Assembly: GCA_963803155.1 (NCBI GenBank)
Contig: CAWDMN010000059.1
Location: 390,570 to 454,569 of the forward strand
Direction: 5' to 3'
Length of the DNA: 64,000 nucleotides
Source of the DNA: an uncultured Acidobacteriota bacterium
GTDB lineage: Bacteria; Acidobacteriota; Terriglobia; Versatilivoradales; Versatilivoraceae
Positions 40,566 to 50,216 of the stretch are shown piece by piece. The notes below the pieces were generated by a model. That model ran no database searches. It was not told the DNA's origin and saw only the letters and a program-made list of their open reading frames with translations. The position numbers and the translations under genes were made by a program. Position 1 is the stretch's first letter. The number at the start of each line of letters is the position of its first letter.

Positions 40566-40754
40566 ATTCAGAGCTGGACACGTTGCGGGGATGAGACGCG
40601 CGTGGCCGCCGCCTTTCTGCGTCGCTCCCGCGCAAAGCAAAAGGGGATGTTTCCGCCGATGTTGTCCCATCTAGTCACCATTTTTTTGAATACGGCAAAC
40701 CTCTTTTCTAGTTAAACTAAAAATGTGGCTCAACATTATTAGGGAGCAGACCAG

Positions 40755-41270
40755 ATGGCCGTGAAGGAGATCCTTCTTCTTGGAAATCCACGCTTATATG
40801 AAACGAGCCGGATGATTCTCCAGGGGGAACTCGATGAGATTCGAAAGATAGTGGCCGATCTCCGCGACACCTTGCTGGACTTTCGCAAGCGGTATGCCGC
40901 GGGTCGTGCCATCGCCGCACCCCAGATCGGCGTCATGAAACGTCTTGTCTATATGTATATCGACGAACCCGTTGTATTCATCAACCCGGTGCTGGATCGA
41001 AAGAGTGAAGAACGGATGGAATTGTGGGACGACTGCATGAGCTTCCCGGATCTATTGGTCAGAGTCAGCCGCCACAGTTCGTGCCGCATTTCATACCGAA
41101 ATCTAAATTGGGAAGAGGAAGAAATGCTTTTGGAGGGCCCCTTGTCTGAACTGCTCCAGCATGAATGTGATCACCTGGACGGCATCTTGGCGGTATCCAG
41201 GGCTGTTGATTCCCGTTCCTTTGCTTTGAGAAACCAGAAGAAATATTTAACAGCCGGAACGTCCGTCTGA
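40755..41270 (+). CDS. def: peptide deformylase (divergent motif 2)
   Basis: Motif 1: GRAIAAPQIG. Motif 2: DDCMSFP in place of EGCLS, with the Cys retained. Motif 3: QHECDHLDG. Confidence 0.8.
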   Translation: MAVKEILLLGNPRLYETSRMILQGELDEIRKIVADLRDTLLDFRKRYAAGRAIAAPQIGVMKRLVYMYIDEPVVFINPVLDRKSEERMELWDDCMSFPDLLVRVSRHSSCRISYRNLNWEEEEMLLEGPLSELLQHECDHLDGILAVSRAVDSRSFALRNQKKYLTAGTSV

Positions 41271-41529
41271 CGCTATCGCAAATGTTTTGAAGAGCCACGA
41301 ATGATAATTGCAGCTCATAAAAGCGATGGAAGGAGTTCCGACGGCGAAGTCGAGTGGCGCGGACATCGGGTTGTCCGCGATGTCCGCGGCTCTAGAAAGC
41401 GGGAGAAGAATGTCAAGTCCCGTGCTGGGGTATGACGCTACGGCATCTCATTGCACAATTAATTTCATCAATCAGCGAAGATAATCTCATTAAGCATATC
41501 TGGATTACTACCAAGTGGAAAAGCGCCCA

Positions 41530-43068
41530 TCAATTGTCGGCATGATGAGCCAGGGCCACCTCACGCTGATGTACGGCTTTATTCACGGCATCCAGGTACG
41601 CCCGGGCCACGGCATCGATAGTATCGGAACTGGCGGCTTTCCCCGTATAACTCTTTTCATCAAAATCCACATGTAGAAAAACTTCAGCCACGGCATCTTC
41701 CCCCTGCGTGACCGACTGCATGGAAATATCCTGCAGCCTGCCCCGTATGCCGGTTATCCGGTCAATCGCCCGGAAAGTAGCGGCGATGGGGCCATCCCCG
41801 GTGGCAGTTTCCACCAGGAGATTCTCATCTTTCATCAATCTGACGGTCGCGCTGGCAATGACTTGGTTGCCGCCAGTCGCGTGGACATATTTCAAATGAT
41901 AAGCTTCAGGGATGATCCGAATCCCATCATGGACGATTACCATCAAATCTTCATCGTATACATTTTTCTTCTTGTCGGCCAATTTGGTAAACAGCATATA
42001 GGCCCGGTCCAATTCATCCTTGGATAAATTATATCCGAGCGCTTCATACCGTTTGAGCAGAGCATGGCGCCCTGAATGTTTTCCCAAGACGATGCGATTG
42101 GTCAAAATCCCCACGGATTGAGGCGTCATGATTTCATACGTGAGAGCCTCTTTTAACACGCCATCCTGGTGAATGCCCGCTTCATGCGCAAAGGCATTTT
42201 TCCCCACAATGGCTTTGTTGGCCTGAACCATCAAGCCGGTTAAGTTGCACAACAGGTGGCTGCTCTTGTAAATTTCTTCCGTCGCAATCCGAGTGGTGAA
42301 TCCCAACCGGTCTTTGCGGACTCGCAGAGACATCACAATTTCTTCCAACGACGCATTGCCGGCTCTTTCGCCGATCCCATTGACGGTACATTCCACCTGA
42401 CGGGCTCCATTGTGGATAGCCGCCAGGGAATTTGCCACGGCCAGACCCAAATCGTTGTGGCAGTGGCTGCTCAGGATCGCTTTGGAAATGTTGGGTACTT
42501 TTTCACGGAGCACTTTGAAAATGTTGCCGAACTCGTCGGGCATACAATATCCCACAGTGTCAGGAATATTGATGACCGTGGCTCCTTCCGCTATCGCCAC
42601 TTCCACCACTTTGCAGAGATAATCCAAATCGCTGCGCCCGGCGTCTTCCGCGGAAAATTCAACATCCCCGCACAACGATTTGGCCAGTTGCACGGCTCTT
42701 GCGGCCTGCTCTAAAACTTGAGCGCGGTCTTTCTTCAGCTTGTATTTCAAATGAATGTCCGAAGTGGCAATAAAGGTGTGGATGCGGGGTTTGGCGGCCT
42801 GATCCAAAGCTTCCCAGGCCCGGCGGATATCCAATTCCGTGGCCCGTGCGAGTCCGGCAATCGAGCAGGAGCGGATTTCTTTGGCCACCTGCGTGACCGA
42901 CTCGAAATCTCCTTCCGAAGCAATGGGGAAGCCGGCTTCAATGATATCCACCTGGAGCGCCTCCAATTGCCGGGCCATTTTGAGCTTCTCTTCCAAATTC
43001 ATGCTGGCTCCGGGAGACTGTTCTCCATCGCGCAAAGTGGTGTCAAAAATATAAATCCGTTCTTCCAT
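41530..43068 (-). CDS. leuA: 2-isopropylmalate synthase
   Basis: [14 protein letters not shown], the [16 protein letters not shown] metal site, and a C-terminal LeuA allosteric domain. The ATG at 43068 is preceded by GAGGAG; the track ORF starts at a TTG 21 nt upstream. Confidence 0.9.
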   Translation of the reverse strand: MEERIYIFDTTLRDGEQSPGASMNLEEKLKMARQLEALQVDIIEAGFPIASEGDFESVTQVAKEIRSCSIAGLARATELDIRRAWEALDQAAKPRIHTFIATSDIHLKYKLKKDRAQVLEQAARAVQLAKSLCGDVEFSAEDAGRSDLDYLCKVVEVAIAEGATVINIPDTVGYCMPDEFGNIFKVLREKVPNISKAILSSHCHNDLGLAVANSLAAIHNGARQVECTVNGIGERAGNASLEEIVMSLRVRKDRLGFTTRIATEEIYKSSHLLCNLTGLMVQANKAIVGKNAFAHEAGIHQDGVLKEALTYEIMTPQSVGILTNRIVLGKHSGRHALLKRYEALGYNLSKDELDRAYMLFTKLADKKKNVYDEDLMVIVHDGIRIIPEAYHLKYVHATGGNQVIASATVRLMKDENLLVETATGDGPIAATFRAIDRITGIRGRLQDISMQSVTQGEDAVAEVFLHVDFDEKSYTGKAASSDTIDAVARAYLDAVNKAVHQREVALAHHADN

Positions 43069-43194
43069 AAACTTCTCCTCTTCTGACAACCCTGGCAGTT
43101 TTTCAAGTAGCGAAAATAATCTTGCGGAATTCGTGCAAGGATTGTTCTTTTTGGTTAGAAGCTCGCCGCGACCTTCTCAAAACCCATGAGACGA

Positions 43195-44427
43195 TCATCC
43201 CCCGGACATGAGTCTTTTCAATTCTCGCGCCAGAATCCCCAGGAAGAAAGAAACGTCCGTTACGATCCCAATGGCCTGTTTGCTTCCCCGATTGGAAAGC
43301 TTCAGGGGTGTGGCCTCATGAATATCCACGCATACGGTCTTCACATTGCCTCGCAACAGGTTTCCGACGGCAATGCCGTGCAAAGTGGAGGCCAACATCA
43401 GGACCACGCTTACATCTCGCAAAGCCTCCAGGTATTTCTTCTGAGCTTGAACCACATCGGTGACCACATCCACCAGAGGTCCATCATCGCGGATCGAACC
43501 GGCCAGAACGAATTCCACGTTGTTTTTTATGCATTCGTACATCAGGCCGGACTTCAGCACTCCGGAGGACACAGCCCCGCGCAAACCACCCGCTTTATTA
43601 ATCTCGTTGATGGCCAGCAAATGATTGCGGTGTCCGCCTTCCACTGGTTTGCCCGTCGATTGGTTGACCCCCAAGGATGTGTTCAACAACGCTTTCTCGC
43701 AATCGTGCACGGCCAGCGCATTCCCACTCAACAAAACATCGATCACTCCCAGCTTGACGATGTCCACCAGGTATTGATCCGCGCCGGTATGAATCAATGC
43801 CGGCCCCGGAACCACCGCCACTTTTTGGCCGGCGGCTTTCACGCGCAGGATGGTTTTGGCAATTTCCGCAATCAGCAGCCCTTTGTTTGCCTCCGCCGTC
43901 AGATCATTCGACATGAAATCGAAGACCGAGTATTCACGGCTTCGTTCCAGCGGTTTCACGCGAATCCCCTGGCGCCCCACCGCGATCAAATCCCCTTTGA
44001 CCACCTCGCTGATTTTCTTGGTGGACGCTTTTTGTCCATCCCAAACAATCACGGCATCCATCTTTTGGTGAGATACCGCATGCCAGGAGCCGTTCAGTTT
44101 GATAAACGTTTCGAAATTGGTCGTAGAATAAAAATCGTCGGGAAGGAGGCGGTCCCGCGGTGCGGAAACAAACCGGCAGTCCTCCCACTCCACCACCCCG
44201 CCAAAATCTTCCAAACCAGCCAGAATTTCATCCAACTGTTCCCGTGTTTCCGCTCTGACCATCAAGCGAATTTTCGAGTTGTCCTGATTGGTTTTCCCAA
44301 TCTGGAAATCGAGCACTTCATATTGGCCGGCATGTTCGATGATCTTGTCAAAGGCATGCTTCAAAATACCGGAGTCGATGAGGTGCCCTTCAATCTCGAC
44401 TGGCTCCTGAAATTTGGATGATTGCAT
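43195..44427 (-). CDS. TIGR00300 / LOR-SDH conserved-domain family protein (ornithine-cyclodeaminase-like domain of ArgZ/AgrE type)
   Basis: A 410-aa protein. The N-terminus has IEGHLIDSGIL. The C-terminal half has SGNALAVHDCE...GHRNHLLAINEI...FVLAGSIRDDGPL, which I recall as the signature of this family. Confidence 0.7.
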   Translation of the reverse strand: MQSSKFQEPVEIEGHLIDSGILKHAFDKIIEHAGQYEVLDFQIGKTNQDNSKIRLMVRAETREQLDEILAGLEDFGGVVEWEDCRFVSAPRDRLLPDDFYSTTNFETFIKLNGSWHAVSHQKMDAVIVWDGQKASTKKISEVVKGDLIAVGRQGIRVKPLERSREYSVFDFMSNDLTAEANKGLLIAEIAKTILRVKAAGQKVAVVPGPALIHTGADQYLVDIVKLGVIDVLLSGNALAVHDCEKALLNTSLGVNQSTGKPVEGGHRNHLLAINEINKAGGLRGAVSSGVLKSGLMYECIKNNVEFVLAGSIRDDGPLVDVVTDVVQAQKKYLEALRDVSVVLMLASTLHGIAVGNLLRGNVKTVCVDIHEATPLKLSNRGSKQAIGIVTDVSFFLGILARELKRLMSGG

Positions 44428-44491
44428 AATGGATATTGTTCCCTATTTTTTACCGCCAGGGGATTTCAAATTCGCGACAACACCCGGAAGA

Positions 44492-46102
44492 CTATGCCGG
44501 TTTGTCTTTGTCCGCGGTCAGTGGAGTCTTAGTCTTCAATCCATATTCTTTTTTCAGTTTGTAATTGATGCTGTCCACCAAAGCTTGCCAACTGGCTTCG
44601 ATAAGGTTTTCGGAGACACCCACAGTACTCCAATTTTCCTCGCCGTCACTGGTTTCAATGAGCACTCGCACTTTGGCATCGGTAGCCCCTTTGGGATTCA
44701 GAACGCGCACTTTGTAATCCATCAAGCGGATATCCCTGATGCAGGGGAAGAAGGTGGTGAGGGATTTGCGCAACGCCCGGTCTAAGGCACTCACCGGCCC
44801 CACTCCTTCCGCGGCGGTGTGTTCTTCAATTCCGTCGACACTCAATTTAATTACTGCCTCGGAATACGGATTATGGTTTCCTTTTTTTTCGGTGATCAGA
44901 CGAAATCCTTCAAACTGGAAGAAGTCTTCGGCCTCATGAACCAGCCGGTTAAACAGCAATTCAAAAGAAGCTTCCGCACCCTCAAACTGGTAACCATAAT
45001 GCTCCATCTCTTTCAATTTGTTCAAAACTATCTGGGCGCTGGGCGATTGGGTATTGATGTCAAAACCCATCTTTTCCGCCTTGGATACGATATTGCTTTT
45101 CCCTGAAAGTTCCGAAATGAGCACCCGTCGTTCGTTGCCAACCAACTCGGGATTGATATGCTCATACGAGGAAGTCTCCTTGCGAACGGCACTGACGTGA
45201 ATGCCGCCTTTGTGGGCAAAAGCACTCTTTCCCACATATGGAAAATCCTGGCGGTGATGCATATTGGCAATTTCACTGACGTAGTGCGAAACTTCCGTCA
45301 TAAGTCGAAGGTTTTCCGCGCCAATAGCGCGCATCCCCAACTTTAGCTCGATATTGGGAACCACCGTGCACAGGTTAGAGTTGCCGCATCGTTCCCCGTA
45401 ACCATTAAAGGTTCCCTGAACATGCACGGCGCCTTGCTGAACCGCCATGATGGCATTGGCAACCGCCATATCGCAGTCATTGTGGGTGTGAATTCCCAGC
45501 CGGGTCTTGACGGCAGTTGCCGCAGCCAGTACCCTTTTCCGGATCTCCTCGGTGATGGTTCCCCCGTTGGTATCACAAAGAACAATGACATCCGCTCCAG
45601 CTTCTTCCGCCGCCCGCAAGGTTTTTAAAGCATAGTCAGGATTCGCCATATAACCATCGAAATAATGTTCCGCGTCATAAATTACTTCTTTACCCTGCGA
45701 TTTTAGAAACTCGACGGATTCCCGGATGAGATTGAGATTATGGTCCAAGCTGATGCCTAGAGCCACCGTGACATGCAGATCCCAGGTCTTGCCGAAAATG
45801 GTCACCACCGGAGTATGGGCATCCAGCAAGGCTTTCAGGTTGGGATCTTTGTCCGCTTTGTGTTTCGGATGACGGGTGCTGCCAAAAGCGGCCACCTTGG
45901 CATGCTTGAGAGAGGCATTCATCATCCGGTGAAAGAAGGTCATATCCTTCATGTTCGAACCCGGCCAGCCTCCCTCAATGTAATCAATCCCGATTTCATC
46001 AAGTTTATGGGCAATGTGGACCTTGTCTTCCACGGAGAAAGAAATATCTTCTCCCTGAGAACCATCCCGCAACGTCGTGTCGTAGATATCAATTTTTTTC
46101 AT
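44492..46102 (-). CDS. cimA: citramalate synthase (LeuA/CimA family, long form)
   Basis: The MKKIDIYDTTLRDGSQGE start, HTHNDCDMAVANAIMAV, the 536-aa length and the C-terminal LeuA-dimer domain are typical of CimA-type enzymes. Confidence 0.8.
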   Translation of the reverse strand: MKKIDIYDTTLRDGSQGEDISFSVEDKVHIAHKLDEIGIDYIEGGWPGSNMKDMTFFHRMMNASLKHAKVAAFGSTRHPKHKADKDPNLKALLDAHTPVVTIFGKTWDLHVTVALGISLDHNLNLIRESVEFLKSQGKEVIYDAEHYFDGYMANPDYALKTLRAAEEAGADVIVLCDTNGGTITEEIRKRVLAAATAVKTRLGIHTHNDCDMAVANAIMAVQQGAVHVQGTFNGYGERCGNSNLCTVVPNIELKLGMRAIGAENLRLMTEVSHYVSEIANMHHRQDFPYVGKSAFAHKGGIHVSAVRKETSSYEHINPELVGNERRVLISELSGKSNIVSKAEKMGFDINTQSPSAQIVLNKLKEMEHYGYQFEGAEASFELLFNRLVHEAEDFFQFEGFRLITEKKGNHNPYSEAVIKLSVDGIEEHTAAEGVGPVSALDRALRKSLTTFFPCIRDIRLMDYKVRVLNPKGATDAKVRVLIETSDGEENWSTVGVSENLIEASWQALVDSINYKLKKEYGLKTKTPLTADKDKPA

Positions 46103-46219
46103 AAGATGTGTTTATCGGCGGCGAAGTCAACCAAGAGTTGACCGAGGCTAGGCGCTTGACGCGCCAAACCTACGGCTATTCAGTGGAACCACTTCACGGT
46201 TTCCAAAATGTTGAATCTC

Positions 46220-46428
46220 AGGAAAGAAACAAAGTCCCCCAGACTGCCCTTTTAGTCAGCTTTTCAATTGGCGATTCCCCGCGATATTACGTATTGGGTT
46301 ATCCTTGGGTCCCTAGGAAAGAGACGAAGTCCCCTGAACAGCCCTTTTAGTCAGCTATTCAATTAGCGATTCCCTGCTATATTATGAAATGGGTTATCCT
46401 TGGGTCCCTATGAAAGGGACGAAGTCCC
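46220..46428. repeat. tandem 95-bp direct repeat (2 full units plus a 19-bp partial third unit)
   Basis: Unit 1 (46220-46314) and unit 2 (46315-46409) are about 86 percent identical. The partial third unit (46410-46428, ATGAAAGGGACGAAGTCCC) overlaps the last codons of ilvN. Confidence 0.85.
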
Positions 46429-46947
46429 AACTTTTTTCAACTCTTCAGCCGATTTGCCCTTCTTCTCCGCTTTGCCGCCTCTCTGCATGGCGATGGGTCC
46501 GGTGCGAGCCACTTCCAAGACACCATAGGGCTTGAAAAATTGGATGAAGGCGTCGATTTTGCCTTCATCCCCGGTCGCCTCCAAGATGCATACACTGGGG
46601 GTCGCATCCACCACCTTGGCGCGAAAAATCTCTGCTTCACGCAAAATCTGCGATCGCTGCTGTGTATCCGATTTCAGCTTGATCAAGGCCATTTCCCGCA
46701 CCACATATTCCCCTTCCTCGAGCGGCATGACCTTAATCACATCCACCACTTTGTTGAGCTGTTTGATCACCTGTTCCATGACACTTTCATTGGCATCCAC
46801 CACAATGGTCATTCGCGACATGGTGGGATCAAGGGTAGGCGTCACGTTGAGGCTGTCAATATTAAAGCCGCGGCCGCTCATCAGACCGGCCACGCGGCAA
46901 AGCACCCCAAATTTGTTTTCAACCAGCAAAGAAATTGTGGTCTTCAT
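46408..46947 (-). CDS. ilvN: acetolactate synthase small (regulatory) subunit
   Basis: ACT domain start ISLLVENKFGVLCRVAGLMSGRGFNIDSL. The likely ATG is at 46947 (MKTTISLL). Confidence 0.9.
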   Translation of the reverse strand: MKTTISLLVENKFGVLCRVAGLMSGRGFNIDSLNVTPTLDPTMSRMTIVVDANESVMEQVIKQLNKVVDVIKVMPLEEGEYVVREMALIKLKSDTQQRSQILREAEIFRAKVVDATPSVCILEATGDEGKIDAFIQFFKPYGVLEVARTGPIAMQRGGKAEKKGKSAEELKKVGTSSLS

Positions 46948-47142
46948 GGGCGAATCGTTCCTTTTAGCATAAATAAAGAACCCGGTCATCTTTCATCTTG
47001 AATCCGCTGTGGCGCCTCGGCAAACCGTAATAGATGCGATCAGAACCGGAATTGGATTCCCCTTGGAATGAGACGGCCTGATTATAAATTGCCGCATCTT
47101 TTCGAGGATTGAGTTATCTAGTTCCAACCGCCGCTTAGCGGC

Positions 47143-48888
47143 TCAGCTGTTGATGGCGGCTCCAGCCGGGATGACCGGAATTTCTTCCTTCTTATTAAAA
47201 CCAAGCACCATGTTGCGATTGGCGCTGCCGGGCCCCACCATTGGGAATACATTTTCTTCGCGAGTCACTCGACACTCCATTACCACCGGGCCATCATGCT
47301 TCATGGCGGAATCTACTATCTCATCCAACTCCGAGGGCTTGGTGGCGCGAAATCCCTTGACGCCGTAAGCTTCAGCGACTTTCACAAAATCTGGCGAACA
47401 GCTTAAGTCCACGTGGGAATAGCGCTTCTGGTAGAAAATTTCCTGCCATTGCCTCACCATGCCCAGGTTTTGATTATTGACGATGAAAACCTTTACCGGC
47501 AGATTGTATTGGGCCGCCGTAGCCAGCTCCTGGATGTTCATTTGAAAACCGCCATCGCCCACAATCGCGATCACCGGACGCTCAGGATAAGCGGCTTGAG
47601 CACCCAGAGCGGCCGGAAAGCCGTACCCCATGGTCCCCAGTCCGCCGGAAGTCAGTAATGTCCGGGGTTTGCGGAACTTGAAGTATTGCGCCGTCCACAT
47701 CTGATGCTGCCCCACATCGGTGGCAATAATGGCATCTTCCGGGGCAAACCGGCATATCTCCTCAATCAGCCATTGAGGTTTGATGGATTTGTTTTCCATT
47801 TCATAATGCAGGGGGTACGACTTTTTCCACTCGCCAATCTGATCGTTCCACCCCAAATGTTTCGCGGCAAACTGCTCTTGGCGAGCGAGCTGTTTGACTT
47901 CCTCCACCAATTTTTCCAACACCTGACGGGCATCTCCCACGATTGGGATGTCCACCTTAATGTTTTTCTGGATGCCGGAAGGATCGATATCGATGTGGAT
48001 GATTTTCGCATATTTGGCGAACTCATCCACTTTGCCCGTGGCGCGGTCGTCGAAACGAGCCCCCACGGCAATCAACAGATCACTCTCCGCCACGGCCATG
48101 TTGGCATACCAGGTTCCATGCATGCCCAGCATGCCGAGAAAGTTCGGATGGTCCCCTGAAATGCCGCCCAAACCTAGCAGGGTATTGGTCACCGGGATGG
48201 CTGCATATTCCGAGAGTTCGGTCAGCGCTGGACTGGCTCCGGAGATGATGATCCCGCCGCCGGTGTAGAGGACTGGCTTGCGCGCTCTCAGGATGGCTCT
48301 GGCGGCTTCCTTGATTTGTCCGGGGTGACCCTCATAAGTCGGGTGATAACTGCGCAGATTCACTTTGTCGGGAAAATGAGCTTTCCCTTCCCCGACAAAG
48401 ACATCTTTGGGAACATCGATCAGCACCGGGCCAGGCCGGCCGGTGGAGGCGATATAAAAGGCCTCTTTGATCGCTTGAGTAATGTCGTTGGAATTTTTCA
48501 GCAGGTAGCTATATTTGGTGCAGGGACGGGTCATGCCAACGATATCGGCTTCCTGAAAGGCGTCGTTCCCGATCAGAGCGGTCGGGACCTGCCCGGTGAT
48601 CACCACTATTGGGACGGAATCCATGTAAGCCGTGGTAAGCCCCGTCACGGTGTTTGTGGCTCCTGGGCCGGAGGTGACCACGGCGACTCCCACTCTGCCC
48701 GTGGCCCGAGAATAACCGTCCGCCATATGCGTCGCCCCTTGTTCGTGCCGAACCAGGACATGGCGCAGACGCGATCCATAAAGGTAATCATAAAACGGCA
48801 ATACCACCCCTCCTGGATAACCAAAAACAACCTCCACCCCTTCACGCATCAAGGCTTCACCGATAAGTTCACAGCCCTTCAATTTCAT
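47143..48888 (-). CDS. ilvB: acetolactate synthase large (catalytic) subunit
   Basis: TPP enzyme, 581 aa. Motifs: GYPGGVVLPFYD, GPGATN, and the TPP-binding motif GGLGTMGYGFPAALGA...GDGGFQMN. Confidence 0.95.
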   Translation of the reverse strand: MKLKGCELIGEALMREGVEVVFGYPGGVVLPFYDYLYGSRLRHVLVRHEQGATHMADGYSRATGRVGVAVVTSGPGATNTVTGLTTAYMDSVPIVVITGQVPTALIGNDAFQEADIVGMTRPCTKYSYLLKNSNDITQAIKEAFYIASTGRPGPVLIDVPKDVFVGEGKAHFPDKVNLRSYHPTYEGHPGQIKEAARAILRARKPVLYTGGGIIISGASPALTELSEYAAIPVTNTLLGLGGISGDHPNFLGMLGMHGTWYANMAVAESDLLIAVGARFDDRATGKVDEFAKYAKIIHIDIDPSGIQKNIKVDIPIVGDARQVLEKLVEEVKQLARQEQFAAKHLGWNDQIGEWKKSYPLHYEMENKSIKPQWLIEEICRFAPEDAIIATDVGQHQMWTAQYFKFRKPRTLLTSGGLGTMGYGFPAALGAQAAYPERPVIAIVGDGGFQMNIQELATAAQYNLPVKVFIVNNQNLGMVRQWQEIFYQKRYSHVDLSCSPDFVKVAEAYGVKGFRATKPSELDEIVDSAMKHDGPVVMECRVTREENVFPMVGPGSANRNMVLGFNKKEEIPVIPAGAAINS

Positions 48889-49097
48889 ATCTGGATCCTC
48901 CTCAATTTTTTAGCTCAAGAAAAACCTTCATGCTTCATCGCCATACACTTCCAACCAATCATAAAAAAGCAAAACAGTTTCCAAACTAAGGAAACTTGAA
49001 AAAAACATCCAATCCATTGAATCCATTTGGATTGCTGATTTGTCGGAGGCAACACGGCCCAAGGAGAGATTCCAATTCATTGAATGGATTCTCTGCT

Positions 49098-49118
49098 AAT
49101 TGAACGAATCGTTCAATT
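49098..49118. promoter_or_regulatory. perfect 10-1-10 palindrome, candidate operator upstream of ilvB
   Basis: AATTGAACGA-A-TCGTTCAATT, about 210 bp upstream of the ilvB start codon. Confidence 0.4.
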
Positions 49119-49266
49119 GGCAGCTGTATTCACAAGTTCGGCTTATTCCTGCTGTTGGGAATAACTCTAGACGTGAGTGGAGCTTGCTTGAGGATTAAAG
49201 AGTCTCGGAGGGACAAGGGGGAGCACACCCCGGGACAAAAGCTGGAAAAGCTGATGCCGGAGGCAC

Positions 49267-49279
49267 GCTGGTGCCGCAC
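49267..49279 (+). repeat. left copy of the 13-bp direct repeat bracketing the PIN cassette
   Basis: GCTGGTGCCGCAC. The same 13-mer recurs at 50747-50759. With flanking bases, 17 of 19 positions match. Confidence 0.6.
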
Positions 49280-49408
49280 CATTTGCCGGCGCATTCTTCC
49301 TTTCATCTTTATTTCCAAGTTTAAATTGTATTTAATTTAAATAATGTTTTATTCTAAAATAACTGAATTTTATGGTAAATTAAATTATAAGAATTAAGGG
49401 GGTTCTTT

Positions 49409-50203
49409 ATGATCCCGGAACCAGTCATTTTGGTGGCAGATGAGTGTTGGTTGGCCCTGGCAATGCTCCACCGGTCCCTTCCAGACCGGGAATCGTTCAG
49501 CGCCAGGGAGATCATGGAGAAGTTGCGAACTGAGCGGATACATAAGGAGCTTCGACGCGGCCTGCAGCCTCACATCTATCAACACAATGTGGCGAACTTG
49601 AATCCCAATTCCGCGAGGTACAAAATGTTTTTTCGCTTGGAAGATGGGACCCTTCGACTCTTCAAACCGGGCGACTCCACTCATCCTGCCCGAAAAGGCA
49701 AAAGCTGTCCCAAGCGTAAGGACCTCCCTGAACGCTATCACCACCTGATTGATTGGTACGAGAAAGAGTACTGCAACGGCTCAACCGGGGGGGACCCTTC
49801 GTCAGCCGTGAATCTCATTCTGGAAATGCGAGGAGTAGGGAAGGAAATCTGGCCGGAAGGCGGGGGGGATGCCTTCATTGAAGCACAAAGGTCAGGGTGG
49901 GCCGTCGTAGAGGAGCCTATGGAAGAAAGAGTGTGGGAGCAGCTGAGATCCCATCAGGAAGATAAATTTTTCACCAAAACAGGAGTGCCTTTTACCTATT
50001 CGCTGGAAGGGGAAAGTGGAATCTGGTTCTACCATGAGGGCGGTGCTCGCATTGAGAAGCGTCTTTGGAGAGGCCAGTTGAATAAGGCCATCGCCAGGCG
50101 TGCCCAAGGTCCATTGGAGAGGGTAACAGATCTTGGAGATTTGCTGGATCCCTCCTACCTGTTTGGACTGTTGACTGACCCCCGCATCTGGGACATCAAT
50201 TGA
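49409..50203 (+). CDS. 264-aa partner protein of the PIN toxin (putative multi-domain antitoxin)
   Basis: The RBS AAGGGGG lies 6 nt before the ATG. The stop codon is 13 nt before the vapC start. The central segment LILEMRGVGKEIWPEGGGDAFIEAQRSGW resembles, from memory, short PIN-associated antitoxin-like proteins. Confidence 0.5.
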   Translation: MIPEPVILVADECWLALAMLHRSLPDRESFSAREIMEKLRTERIHKELRRGLQPHIYQHNVANLNPNSARYKMFFRLEDGTLRLFKPGDSTHPARKGKSCPKRKDLPERYHHLIDWYEKEYCNGSTGGDPSSAVNLILEMRGVGKEIWPEGGGDAFIEAQRSGWAVVEEPMEERVWEQLRSHQEDKFFTKTGVPFTYSLEGESGIWFYHEGGARIEKRLWRGQLNKAIARRAQGPLERVTDLGDLLDPSYLFGLLTDPRIWDIN

Positions 50204-50216
50204 CGGGAGACAATCC

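Noticed and set aside
43186-44421. A 411-aa plus-strand ORF that almost exactly mirrors the 410-aa minus-strand gene at 43195-44427.
   Set aside because: Its composition is typical of an antisense shadow frame (rich in His, Gln, Arg and Phe, with no motifs and no RBS). The minus-strand product has clear family signatures. I treat it as a shadow ORF, not an overlapping gene.
48928-49008. A 26-codon ORF considered as a classical BCAA attenuation leader peptide for ilvB.
   Set aside because: It has no consecutive Ile/Val/Leu regulatory codons and a weak RBS. The putative terminator lies inside the ORF rather than after it. I kept it only as a note within the leader finding.
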